A stretch of DNA of 16,572 bases from Candidatus Hermodarchaeota archaeon (GTDB taxonomy: Archaea; Asgardarchaeota; Hermodarchaeia; Hermodarchaeales; Hermodarchaeaceae). The DNA is taken from contig JAEOTB010000052.1 in assembly GCA_016840065.1 (NCBI GenBank), positions 1-16,572 on the forward strand, in the 5' to 3' direction. A program made the position numbers and the translations under genes. The notes below the pieces were generated by a model, which was given only the letters and a program-made list of their open reading frames with translations, was not told where the DNA came from and did not search any database. Below are positions 7,116 to 16,179 of this stretch, one piece after another. Each line of letters opens with the position of its first letter. Within the stretch, counting starts at the first letter, position 1.

Positions 7116-8354
7116 ATGTCGTGGATGTCGTGGATTCAGAAACAACTTCGAGAAGAAGGAGTCATTGGATTCATTCTTTTTCTTGTCATGTGTAGCATCG
7201 TATGGGCAGTTTTTCTCTCCATCTTCTGGGGAGTACCCTTCATACCCCATCCCGCACCCGATGATGACACCATGCACCGAACAGTTATCTATTTCATGAT
7301 CCGCGGTGAGGACTTTTACACCGCCTGGCGCCACACCGTTGTAGTGTGTGCCGACCCGGGTGACCTACGTATATTTCGCACTCCGATAATCTTCTACCTG
7401 ATAACAGCATTAGTCTGGTGGTCAGGCGACAATTTCCAGTTCCCCCTTGGCGTAATATGCGTCTTCGTTGCTGCTATTAACCTCATCCTGTCCTTTTGGA
7501 CAGCTCGTAAGATGCTAGGATCGGGTTGGGCAGGCCTTACAGCAGCCATCGCCCAATATGCATACTTTTTCAATGTTATTCCAAAATTCCAGATCTCAAT
7601 CTTTGCCATGCCCTTTCTAATCCTGGCTGTTTATTGGGCTTGGGAGGGAAAGGCTTGGCATGCCAGTGGCAGTTTAGCTCTTTCCTTTCTCATCAAGGAA
7701 TCCTTTGGTTTTGCCCTCCCCGCGCTCCTTTTCCTCTTTCTTTTGCGTCGCCACTGGCGTTCTGCTTTGATTCTGATTGGGATGTTTGCTGCAGCTGTGT
7801 GCCTTTATTTTCTACATCTTTATATTGCTCAACCCATCGGAGATCCGAACATGCTCTTCGCTGAGCCACCACTAGATATACTCCTCAACATTGGAGGTTT
7901 TCTCTGGTTCGGCTTCGGTGTCCTCTACTACAATGTATTCTTACCAATAACTATTGGCGGAGGATATCCCTTCAGTCCGATACCACCTTTCCTCTCCTAC
8001 CCTCTGTTCCTTGTAATCCTTGGCTTCCAGTTTGTGTTTGTATGGGGTACACTACTGTTGTTAGGTCTTGAGATGTTCCATCGTCGTAGACTACTCTACC
8101 CCTCCCTCACTTTTCTCGGATTTGTAATCTGGATTGTCCCATTGGTCATCTCTGCTACAACACCGGTAACCAACTTTGAGCTCTGGTGGGTTGACTTTGG
8201 TGTCTATCGATGGTTTGCAGCATCGTATGTAGGTTTTCAGTTGCTAGTCGCCATAAGTTGGCATCAGCTCCGGAAGTGCTTCAAAGAAGAAGAAAAGTAT
8301 TCTTGGATCTGCTCGCAGTTCTCAGGTCTAAAGAAGCGGTTTTCCCGCCAATAA
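7116..8354 (+). CDS. Polytopic membrane protein, probable GT-C-fold glycosyltransferase (ArnT/PMT/GT87-like)
   Basis: About 10 hydrophobic segments; first-loop acidic pair PDDD, RTP motif and an intramembrane LIKES motif as in lipid-phosphate-sugar-dependent GT-C enzymes. ATG 7116 follows a GGTGA SD. The CDS is secure; the function is inferred. Confidence 0.6.
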   Translation: MSWMSWIQKQLREEGVIGFILFLVMCSIVWAVFLSIFWGVPFIPHPAPDDDTMHRTVIYFMIRGEDFYTAWRHTVVVCADPGDLRIFRTPIIFYLITALVWWSGDNFQFPLGVICVFVAAINLILSFWTARKMLGSGWAGLTAAIAQYAYFFNVIPKFQISIFAMPFLILAVYWAWEGKAWHASGSLALSFLIKESFGFALPALLFLFLLRRHWRSALILIGMFAAAVCLYFLHLYIAQPIGDPNMLFAEPPLDILLNIGGFLWFGFGVLYYNVFLPITIGGGYPFSPIPPFLSYPLFLVILGFQFVFVWGTLLLLGLEMFHRRRLLYPSLTFLGFVIWIVPLVISATTPVTNFELWWVDFGVYRWFAASYVGFQLLVAISWHQLRKCFKEEEKYSWICSQFSGLKKRFSRQ

Positions 8355-8419
8355 ATCTGTATATTATATTTCATTTCTATTGAGAAAAATACAAAGGCTG
8401 CGCTTCCATACATCTAGAC

Positions 8420-8447
8420 AGGCTCTAACGTCATTCTGGAGCCTTTT
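8420..8447 (+). terminator. Hairpin with short T run downstream of the membrane-protein gene
   Basis: AGGCTCTA(8420-27)/TGGAGCCT(8437-44), an 8-bp stem with one G-U pair, followed by TTT. Confidence 0.35.
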
Positions 8448-8529
8448 CCCAAGGTTTCCTCGGAACACTCTAGTTGTGATTAATTACGCCAGCCAGTATA
8501 AAAAGGACCCAGAGTATAGAGTACTTGTT

Positions 8530-8680
8530 ATTAGCGGTGAAACCTCTTGGCCGAGGGTGTCACTCTTTCGATGCCCTCTTTCCTTTTCCGTTAGTAACGC
8601 AGCATATGCCTGGGAAAGTAGACGGGGACACCCGATGACCTGTTCCGGTTGTACCGGGAAAGCGAGGAAACCCCTCTTCA
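8530..8680 (+). ncRNA. Candidate structured non-coding RNA of unknown family
   Basis: TATAAAAA at 8497-8504 about 25 nt upstream. Stems ATTAGCGG/CCGTTAGT, GAGGGTGTC/GATGCCCTC, CGGG-GACA-CCCG (GNRA loop), TTCCGGT/ACCGGGA and GAGG/CCTC, then a T-rich tract (8677-8698). Several G-U pairs work only on the + strand. Confidence 0.4.
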
Positions 8681-8719
8681 ATCTTATTCGTTTTCTTTCA
8701 TCATCAGTTCTCTTCATGG

Positions 8720-10084
8720 TTAAGGTTCATATCCTAGACTCTGGTAGATGAGTACGACCTTATTCTTCCAGGATTCAAATTCTCCAGGACTATTGGGGAA
8801 GTTCTTGTATAACTTGAGCATTTCTCTCATCGCCTTTGACACCTTCTGAATACGGCGGAGTAACCCTAGCTTTCGAAGACCCCGGATGAATCGTCCAGCT
8901 TTATCTGTAGCTGACAATTGGATACCCTCTCCTGCATTGGCTCTTAGCAAATCCTCGGTTGTGATTATCCTGTTATTTATTACAAACTCGAATTCTTTGT
9001 TTCCTACTTCCTGAAGCAGCCGCCTCATCAAATCTAAGGAGGCTATTTTCTGTCCGTAATGATGACGGTTGTATTCAACATTGAAGGGCCATAATCCAGT
9101 TGTTGAAACATCACCAGCTTCGATGGCATCTTTCAAGATAGGAGCGACAACATGTGCTGCCTCGATGGCTGAGCCAATCCCTCCTCCGTGGATTGGATTC
9201 ACATGACACCCTGAGTCGCCAATGAAAACAATACCATCTGCAACGTAACTCCAGAGTGGTCTACGAATTGGGGCTGCTCCTCCACCTCCTGTTATCACTT
9301 TTGCACCCTTGAACATGGGCTTACTGGCGATGAATTTCTTATAGAGCGCCTTAGGTCTGTGTCCCTTTCCTCCCTGTGTGCCCAGTCCCACATTAGCGAT
9401 AGTTCCGCCTCTGGGAAAAATCCAGATATAGCCTCCAGGCGAGTAACGGTCGTCCATGATGATTGTGCAGCGATCGGGAGTGTCTGGAGGTTGCTTGAGT
9501 TCGAGAACCTCACGATAGCACACTGCCTGATCATGAAGGGCTATTTTGTTTTCAATCGAGGGGTGCTTTATACGTCGACGAAGTGTGGCCGACATTCCGC
9601 TAGCATCAACAGTTACTTTCGCGGTTGCTTTTACCAGCTTATCTTGGGTAGTGTCCTTGTACTCAACGCCTACAACCGCACCTTTCTCAAGCAGAGGTTT
9701 AATGACGTGCGCGTGGGCTATAACCCTTGCACCTGCATCTTCAGCGCGTTTTAGAAGGCGTTGACCAAAACAGAGTCGGTCGATAGTCCAGCCATCACAG
9801 AGTTCACCAGGTATGCGTTGGCTAACGGTAACAAAATTCTCCATTGATGGCGGGTAAATATCAATGCCATTGATCAGAGTTCCTAGCTCGTCCCCAGTGG
9901 GAAACGGAATTCCTGCGTTTTTCAAGTGGTGCAATGCTATTCCTTCGCCGCACACTTTGTCACCTACTCGGTCGCGTGCTAGACGTTCAAGTAGTAAGAC
10001 TTTGAGGTTCAGCTTGGCAGCTTCATGGGCAAGGTGAGCACCTGCTGGTCCTGCACCAACAACAATGAGGTCATGCAGTGTCAT
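8720..10084 (-). CDS. Geranylgeranyl reductase family FAD oxidoreductase (DGGGPL reductase-like)
   Basis: VVGAGPAG, DKVCGEGI, IDRLCFGQRL, VDASG, the GGR-specific PGGYIWIFP motif and GDSGCHVNPIHGGGI. Confidence 0.92.
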   Translation of the reverse strand: MTLHDLIVVGAGPAGAHLAHEAAKLNLKVLLLERLARDRVGDKVCGEGIALHHLKNAGIPFPTGDELGTLINGIDIYPPSMENFVTVSQRIPGELCDGWTIDRLCFGQRLLKRAEDAGARVIAHAHVIKPLLEKGAVVGVEYKDTTQDKLVKATAKVTVDASGMSATLRRRIKHPSIENKIALHDQAVCYREVLELKQPPDTPDRCTIIMDDRYSPGGYIWIFPRGGTIANVGLGTQGGKGHRPKALYKKFIASKPMFKGAKVITGGGGAAPIRRPLWSYVADGIVFIGDSGCHVNPIHGGGIGSAIEAAHVVAPILKDAIEAGDVSTTGLWPFNVEYNRHHYGQKIASLDLMRRLLQEVGNKEFEFVINNRIITTEDLLRANAGEGIQLSATDKAGRFIRGLRKLGLLRRIQKVSKAMREMLKLYKNFPNSPGEFESWKNKVVLIYQSLGYEP

Positions 10085-10150
10085 GGTGTGTGACTCCCGT
10101 TTTACGGTGTTTTCAGCGTTTGTTCTTCTTAAAGTGTTTTCTCCCTCAGC

Positions 10151-10849
10151 CTATTGGGGTCTTATTTGAATTGTGTCGTCGCTTGGGACCTTTGAGCCTA
10201 TTGGGCAGGCACTAGCGCAACGATTACACCAAATCTCTGCATAGGGTGACAGTTTACGACGGTGCAAGGGACAAGTAAGGCAGAGTTCACGGTTATATCG
10301 ACCACCTTCCAAAGCACCGACTGGACAAGCCTCGATGCAGAGTTCACAGTTGCTACACCAAGGATTATCTTCGATGACTTCGCCAGGCGGTAGTTCAGCT
10401 TCTGTGACTAGGGCTCGGAGGCGTACGCGTGGACCTAGACTAGTGGTGATCAGTAGATTGTTCTTACCTATGATGCCTAACCCTGCAAGAACTGCAGCAT
10501 CTTTTAGATAGAGGCCGGGCTCGTAGGACACGACCTTTGCCTTTACACCCTGACGTTCTAGAAAGAGAGCGAGTCGATAACAAATCCCTCTGAGGATTTC
10601 GTCTTCGAAAGCTCGACCTGTCGGCACCCGCCCTGCACCTGAATCAGGCGGAGCGTTAAGCCATAGATCAAGTAAGGGATCAGCCATTTGCAGTACGATT
10701 ACTATAACCGATTTGGCACTTGGAAAACCCTTTGTTGGTTGGTGCTTTGAAGGATACCTAGTAAACCTTGCGGTTGGCGCAAAGCCCACCAAGTCCGCAC
10801 CCCACTTTGTGGCTTTCTGGTGTAATTCTTGAGCTAGAGAATTCGGCAT
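10151..10849 (-). CDS. Epoxyqueuosine-reductase (QueG)/reductive-dehalogenase-like 2x[4Fe-4S] protein
   Basis: GADLVGFA, AKSVIVI, KDAAVLAGLGIIGKNNLLIT..LGPRVRLRALVT, CSNCELCIEACP, CLTC...CNRCASACPIG. Confidence 0.8.
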   Translation of the reverse strand: MPNSLAQELHQKATKWGADLVGFAPTARFTRYPSKHQPTKGFPSAKSVIVIVLQMADPLLDLWLNAPPDSGAGRVPTGRAFEDEILRGICYRLALFLERQGVKAKVVSYEPGLYLKDAAVLAGLGIIGKNNLLITTSLGPRVRLRALVTEAELPPGEVIEDNPWCSNCELCIEACPVGALEGGRYNRELCLTCPLHRRKLSPYAEIWCNRCASACPIGSKVPSDDTIQIRPQ

Positions 10850-10903
10850 TTTTATCCCTGCTCTCTTTAGGGAGTATTACAAATATTAAGCTGTAATCTG
10901 GTG

Positions 10904-11803
10904 CTAGGCTACCTGTAGTGGAGCAACCTTGGCTAGAGCTGAATCGACTTTTACTCGATGTTGATCGAGACCTAATCGGTCAGGCGGCGTTCTGAGGGCA
11001 AGACAAAGCAGTTCAGGATAATAAAAGACCGGTAATGGATCCTGATTGTCTGTGTGGCGGAGTGCCATCCGTTGGAGAAGGTCAAATTGAAGAGCGCAGG
11101 CGGGGCATATAACCACCAGTGCATCTGCTCCTGCTTGCTTCATGTAGGATAGTTTGTTTCCAGTTATCTTGAGTGAAAGATCACGGTTCACAGGTCGCGT
11201 ACCACTACCACAGCAGTCCATCTCATCTTGATAACGGATTGTTTTTGCACCAAGTGCTTCTACCATCTCGTAAAGGAGTGTTGGGCGCTGTCCGTTATCA
11301 ACACCAAGAAGGTGGCTAGGGCGGACGATATGACAGCCAATGTGAAGGGCAACACGGAGCCCTGTGAGAGGAAGTTCAACCTTGTTGGCGATGGCTTCGG
11401 GGCCGATATCCTCGAAGAGCAGTTGGATGAAATGTTTGACTTCAGTTTTCCCCTTGTACTCGTACCCTGTTTTTGCTAGTATCTCATTAACCTGTCCTGA
11501 TAATTCCTTGTCGCCCTTGAGACGTATAGAAGCTCCTTTGAGCATTTCAAAACAGCCGTTACATGGTGTTAAGATTGGGAGACCCTGTTGTTCGGCTACA
11601 GCTAGATTTCTGGCTGTTATCGCTAGAGCAGCATGATGGTCAATGTGGGGAAGTGTTAATGGGTTAGGACAACACGTGAACCCGTCGATTTCCCTTACCG
11701 GGATTTCTAGCTGTCGTAGTGTTTCACGCACCGCTAGCTCCATGAAAGGTAATCTGTTTGGGATTACACAACCCATGTAAAGTGCCCAAGTTTGCTGTGT
11801 CAT
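10904..11803 (-). CDS. hdrB: Heterodisulfide reductase subunit B (CCG domains)
   Basis: GCVIP, TCCP, PCNGC, HIGCH, DCCG, CPACALQFD and PVFYYPELL; TAATG stop/start overlap with hdrC at 11801-11805. Confidence 0.93.
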   Translation of the reverse strand: MTQQTWALYMGCVIPNRLPFMELAVRETLRQLEIPVREIDGFTCCPNPLTLPHIDHHAALAITARNLAVAEQQGLPILTPCNGCFEMLKGASIRLKGDKELSGQVNEILAKTGYEYKGKTEVKHFIQLLFEDIGPEAIANKVELPLTGLRVALHIGCHIVRPSHLLGVDNGQRPTLLYEMVEALGAKTIRYQDEMDCCGSGTRPVNRDLSLKITGNKLSYMKQAGADALVVICPACALQFDLLQRMALRHTDNQDPLPVFYYPELLCLALRTPPDRLGLDQHRVKVDSALAKVAPLQVA

Positions 11804-12345
11804 TAAGTTTCTCCTCCAGCTTCCGCGGCTTCTGCCTCTTGACGTTCCTTGATTTTCTTCAGGCGCTTGTTGAGTTCAGTTGCTCTGGCGATTTTTGCGA
11901 GGTCCTTGCTTCCGCGGCTTTTCAGAGGTATAGATGGTAACCCCAGTTGCTCGCGCCTCTTGTTTACTGATTCGCTTGGTGCCAGCGCCCAGCCTGATGC
12001 AACTATGTTCTCCACTTCTGCAGCAATGGCTTTGGGGGCGATTCCTAAGGAGCAAGCAAGGTTATGTAACTCGAGAATCAGTTCGGAAACCGGAACCTTT
12101 TGCGGACAATGCTCTAGACAAGCATGGCAGCTTGTACACAACCAAAGTTCAGGCGCCTCCAATAGTCGCCGTGCTTCTCCCTCAAGCGTAGCACGTACAA
12201 ACCTGCGCGGATGATAATTCTCAGCACCTGTTTCCCGTGATATCGGGCAAGCAGCCACACAAGTACCACAGGCGAAACATGATAGAGTATCAATGCGTTT
12301 AGAGAGTTTTTCCGCAATCTCTTGTAAGCGCTTCTCTACATTCAC
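11803..12345 (-). CDS. hdrC: Heterodisulfide reductase subunit C
   Basis: CFACGTCVAACP, PRRFVR, LWLCTSCHACLEHCPQKV and RREQLGLP; GTG start after an AGGTG SD; located between hdrA and hdrB. Confidence 0.93.
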   Translation of the reverse strand: MNVEKRLQEIAEKLSKRIDTLSCFACGTCVAACPISRETGAENYHPRRFVRATLEGEARRLLEAPELWLCTSCHACLEHCPQKVPVSELILELHNLACSLGIAPKAIAAEVENIVASGWALAPSESVNKRREQLGLPSIPLKSRGSKDLAKIARATELNKRLKKIKERQEAEAAEAGGET

Positions 12346-12357
12346 TTCTTACACCTG

Positions 12358-14877
12358 CTATGTTTTTGCCTTGGGCTTCGGTTTCGGTGGGTTCAGGAGC
12401 CGCTCCAACCGTTTTTCTAGCTCAGGACGTATTCTCTCATTCTCCGCAATGATAGCGTCTCTCCCAATCTCCTTCAAGTGAGTGGTCATCTCGGTGATAA
12501 CATGAGCCCATTTGTCGCCTTCTGCGGCTGAAACCCATTCTAGCCTAAATCGCCGCTCATCGATACCCATTTTCTTTAACCGTGCTGCAATTCTGTTGAA
12601 TCGTTTTTCTGCCCAAACATTTCCAGAGATATAGTGGCAGTCGCTTCCAGTTTCTGTCAAGCGGCAACCCGACATTAATACCATGCCAGCTCCTCGGCGA
12701 AATGCCTCTAACACAAATTGCTCGGAATACCGACCAGAACACATCATTCGTACGCCACGGATGTTAGTAGGATAGTCATAGCGGCTAATCCCTGCAAGGT
12801 CGGCACCAGCATAGCTGCACCAGTTACAAAGCATTCCTAGGATTTTGTCTTCTGGATTATCTTCGAGGAGAGCTATGATTTGATCCATTATCTGCTCATC
12901 AGTGAAGTTGTGTTGGGTAATTGCGTTCGCCGGGCATTCGGCAACACATGTTCCGCAACCGTGGCACTTGGCAGGCGTAACATAAGCTGCTTTTCCAGGC
13001 TCAACGGTTATGGCACCGTAGGCGCAGCGTTTCACGCAGATGCCGCATTTCACGGTTGTATTGCGGCAAAGATCAGGATTGACCTCAGCGACAATTGGTT
13101 CTATTTCCCATTCATCTTGAGTGATGATCCTAAGTGCCCGTGAAGATGCTGCACTACCCTGAGCAACACTAGCAGGGATGTCCTTTGGACCCTGTGCGGA
13201 GCCACAGAAGAAGACACCCTCAGTAGCTGCATCCACTGGTTTGAGTTTTGGATGTGCTTCCATGAAGAAGCCAGAGGGACCTACTGGAACATTCAAGACC
13301 CTAGCCAGTTCCTGGGTTCCTTTGCTGGGTACAGCAGCGGTGCTTAGTATCACTAAATCATATTCGCGTCTTGTGGGGCGACCTGTTGAAATATCTTCAG
13401 CGTGAACGATGAGATTCTTAGTGGTGGGGTCTTCACTGATTTCTGCCGGTCGACCCTGTTGGAATCGGATGCTTGCTTGACGTGCTCGCCTGTAAAATTC
13501 TTCATAATCCTTGAATGTTGTTCGGATGTCCATGTAGTAGATGGTTATCTCCGCGTCGGGGTATTTCTCTCGGAGGAGAAGGGCGTTCTTAATGGTATAC
13601 ATGCAGCAGAAACCAGAACACCATATATGGGAACGTTCGTCTCGGGACCCCACACATTGTATGAAGGCAATCCGGTGAGGTTTGTGCATGTCCGAAGGAC
13701 GAATTACTTTGCCTTCAGTGGGTCCTGCAGCGTTGATGAGTCGCTCAAGCTCCATTGCAGTAATCACGTTGGGATAAACGCTGTAACCGTACTCGGTAAT
13801 AGGAGTTGGATCGTATGGTTCATATCCTGTCGCGACCACTATTGCTCCAACTTCGAGGGAGTGGACCTTCTCTGAATCCTCAGGGATTATAGCATCAGCT
13901 CCTGCTACCTTGCAGGCTTCATCACACATCAGGCATGAAGTTGAGGAGCCAGATTTCAATCCGAGGCAGTGGTCAATGTCAATAAGATAGGAGGACGGAA
14001 CAGCTTGAGGATAAGGTATCCATATGGCCGGGCGCCACCCTAGGTTGGCGTCAAAGTTGTTGGGAACAGTAACAGGGCAAACTTTTGTGCATTCACCACA
14101 AGAGTTGCATTTGTCAGGGTCAACGAAGCGGGGACGTTCTGTAACCTGAACTGTGAAGTTTCCAACAAATCCCTCAACCTTTGTGACCTCAGCGTATGTT
14201 ATTAGTTCGATGTTGGGGTGTCGAGAAACTTCAGCCATCTTGGGACCTAGGATACAGATGCTGCAGTCCAGTGTGGGGAATGTCTTGTCGAGAAGAGCCA
14301 TGATTCCTCCAACAGTTGGTGAGCGTTCCACAAGGTAAACCTTGTAACCGGCATCGGCGATATCAAGGGCTGCGTGGATTCCGGAAACACCACCACCAAT
14401 GACTAATGCTTTTTGTGTGACCCCAACTTTGAGGACTTCGAGGGGTTTTAGGTGATGGGCTTTGGCGACAGCGGCTGCAATCTGGTCGGCTGCGCGTTCC
14501 TGACAGCCCTCAGGGTCACTTGAATGACACCAGCTTCCCTGATCACGAATGTTAGCCATTTCAAAAAAGAACTGATTTAGACCCCCGTCCTGAGTTGTTC
14601 GCCGGAAAGTAGGTTCATGCATGCGGGGAGTACAGGCAGCGACAACGACCCTATCTAGATCGTGTTCTTCAATAGCAGCTTTGATTTCTTCTTGACCAGG
14701 ATCTGCACAAGTAAATTTGTTGACCATTGTGCATACGACGCCGTCAAGTTTAGACGCTTTTTCAGCCAGTGCGCGGCAATCGACGACTCCTGCGATATTT
14801 CGTCCACACTCGCATACAAAAACACCGATACGGGCTTTTCTAGTTTTAGAAGGAGGGGTCTCTGGGATTTGTATCAC
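12358..14877 (-). CDS. hdrA: Heterodisulfide reductase subunit A fused to a C-terminal MvhD (hydrogenase Fe-S subunit) domain
   Basis: IGVFVCECGRNIAG, ACTPRMHEPTF, ANIRDQ, GGGVSG, DKTFPTLDCSICIL, QCVGSRD..CSGFCC, GPKDIP and ferredoxin motifs; then MvhD motifs CNWCSYAGADLAG, RMMCSGR, GC..DCHY..GN and WVSAAEG (~12850-12450). Confidence 0.95.
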   Translation of the reverse strand: MIQIPETPPSKTRKARIGVFVCECGRNIAGVVDCRALAEKASKLDGVVCTMVNKFTCADPGQEEIKAAIEEHDLDRVVVAACTPRMHEPTFRRTTQDGGLNQFFFEMANIRDQGSWCHSSDPEGCQERAADQIAAAVAKAHHLKPLEVLKVGVTQKALVIGGGVSGIHAALDIADAGYKVYLVERSPTVGGIMALLDKTFPTLDCSICILGPKMAEVSRHPNIELITYAEVTKVEGFVGNFTVQVTERPRFVDPDKCNSCGECTKVCPVTVPNNFDANLGWRPAIWIPYPQAVPSSYLIDIDHCLGLKSGSSTSCLMCDEACKVAGADAIIPEDSEKVHSLEVGAIVVATGYEPYDPTPITEYGYSVYPNVITAMELERLINAAGPTEGKVIRPSDMHKPHRIAFIQCVGSRDERSHIWCSGFCCMYTIKNALLLREKYPDAEITIYYMDIRTTFKDYEEFYRRARQASIRFQQGRPAEISEDPTTKNLIVHAEDISTGRPTRREYDLVILSTAAVPSKGTQELARVLNVPVGPSGFFMEAHPKLKPVDAATEGVFFCGSAQGPKDIPASVAQGSAASSRALRIITQDEWEIEPIVAEVNPDLCRNTTVKCGICVKRCAYGAITVEPGKAAYVTPAKCHGCGTCVAECPANAITQHNFTDEQIMDQIIALLEDNPEDKILGMLCNWCSYAGADLAGISRYDYPTNIRGVRMMCSGRYSEQFVLEAFRRGAGMVLMSGCRLTETGSDCHYISGNVWAEKRFNRIAARLKKMGIDERRFRLEWVSAAEGDKWAHVITEMTTHLKEIGRDAIIAENERIRPELEKRLERLLNPPKPKPKAKT

Positions 14878-14996
14878 CTACGCGGGTTCCCATCGTTTGT
14901 TAAGGAGTAAGGGAGAAGCTATACGTTTTTGGCTTTAAAGTCTTGGCAAATTTCATCTTTATTGTAGGGCGTCTTAAAGAACTCGCACAAGGGTAT

Positions 14997-15524
14997 CTAG
15001 CCAGGATAACGTTCAGCCAGAAGACGTGCAATCTCATCAAATATATCGTTCACGCCGCTTCCGTCTTTCGCTGAAGCTTCGATGTATGGAGCTTCATGTT
15101 TCTCTGCGAAGGCTTGTCCCTGCTTGGGAGTCGTGGGTGGCTGGGGAAGATCTGAATCTTCTCGGCGGTCAGTCTTATTCCCGACAATCACCATGACAAC
15201 ATCGCTCTCGATTTCTTCGAGCCTACTAATCCAGTTTGTTAATCGCTCCATTGTATAAGGACGGGTGACATCAAATACTGCGATGGCGGCACGAGCGCCC
15301 CGGAAATATGCATGAGTGATGTCGCGAAAACGCATCTGACCTCCAATATCCCAAATTTGGAGTACTGCCTCCCAGCCATTGCGTGAGACGTGCTTGACCG
15401 CAAAGTCTACTCCGACGGTGAGTTTGGTCCCAGCTTCAAACCATCCTGTTGTGTGACGTTTGAGTAGGCTAGTTTTTCCGACACCACCCTCGCCGATGAA
15501 AAGAACTTTGAATACGGTTCTCAT
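14997..15524 (-). CDS. Rab-like small GTPase (Ras superfamily)
   Basis: G1 GEGGVGKTS, G2 TVGVDF, G3 LQIWDIGGQ, RFRDITHAYFRGA, VFDVT, G4 GNKTD, G5 EASAK. Confidence 0.95.
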   Translation of the reverse strand: MRTVFKVLFIGEGGVGKTSLLKRHTTGWFEAGTKLTVGVDFAVKHVSRNGWEAVLQIWDIGGQMRFRDITHAYFRGARAAIAVFDVTRPYTMERLTNWISRLEEIESDVVMVIVGNKTDRREDSDLPQPPTTPKQGQAFAEKHEAPYIEASAKDGSGVNDIFDEIARLLAERYPG

Positions 15525-15627
15525 TCTTACACTAGTCCTCTGCGGTTCATTGGCTGTTATAATATTTTAATTGACCTGGCGTTTAATCCTTGTCAAGGAG
15601 CTGAATATCCATGGGAAAGACGATGAT

Positions 15628-16179
15628 TCAGCCTATTAGTGGCGGACTATCTTCGGGATCAGGGTAGCGTTCTGATAGAAGACGAGTGATTTCCGCGAAG
15701 ATTTTTGAGACGCCTCTTCCATCCTTCGCTGAGGTTTCAATGAAGGGTGCACCATATTTATCGGCGAACCGTTGTCCTTCGGCTTTGCTGATGAATGGGT
15801 GAGCGGATGGGAGAACTCCTCGGAGGTCACTTTTGTTGCCGACAATCACCAAGGGTATTTCCCCCTCAGCTTCGAAGAGGCGATTAATCCAGTCTTCTAA
15901 CGCGTCCATTGTAGTCAACATGGTGATGTCAAATACTGCGATGGCTGCGCGACCACCTGCGAAATAGTAGCTAACAAGTTCACGGAAGTGCATCTGCCCT
16001 GCAAGGTCCCAAATCTGGAGAGTTGCATTCCAACCATCACAGCCTACTTCGCAGGAGGCAAAGTCCACACCAACCGTCTGCTTCATATCCTCGGTGAATG
16101 TGCCATCGACATATCTTTTTAGGAGGCTAGTTTTACCAACTCCTCCTTCACCGAGAAAGAGTATCTTAAAGAACATCAC
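15628..16179 (-). CDS. Rab-like small GTPase (Ras superfamily), tandem paralog
   Basis: G1 GEGGVGKTS, G2 TVGVDF, G3 LQIWDLAGQ, YYFAGG, VFDIT, G4 GNKSD, G5 ETSAK. Confidence 0.95.
   Translation of the reverse strand: MMFFKILFLGEGGVGKTSLLKRYVDGTFTEDMKQTVGVDFASCEVGCDGWNATLQIWDLAGQMHFRELVSYYFAGGRAAIAVFDITMLTTMDALEDWINRLFEAEGEIPLVIVGNKSDLRGVLPSAHPFISKAEGQRFADKYGAPFIETSAKDGRGVSKIFAEITRLLSERYPDPEDSPPLIG

Noticed and set aside
8530-8680. RNase P, 5S rRNA, SRP RNA or SAM-riboswitch identity for the second RNA candidate
   Set aside because: Isolated look-alike words (GAGGAAAC, ACACCCG, CCCGATGA) occur, but not in the required order or context.
8484-8717. 77-aa minus-strand ORF starting 2 nt after the GGR stop codon, and the 123-aa plus ORF 8380-8751
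   Set aside because: No recognisable motifs, and the region is better explained by RNA structure; translational coupling of the 77-aa ORF cannot be fully excluded.
12358-14877. Selenocysteine recoding in HdrA/MvhD (known in some Asgard archaea and Methanococcales)
   Set aside because: The ORF is uninterrupted; the relevant positions are Cys codons and there is no in-frame TGA.
84-15845. Remaining short ORFs in the track (e.g. 84..554, 1575..1919, 9359..9754, 13402..13875, 15636..15845)
   Set aside because: Antisense or alternate-frame shadows of well-supported genes, with no motifs.
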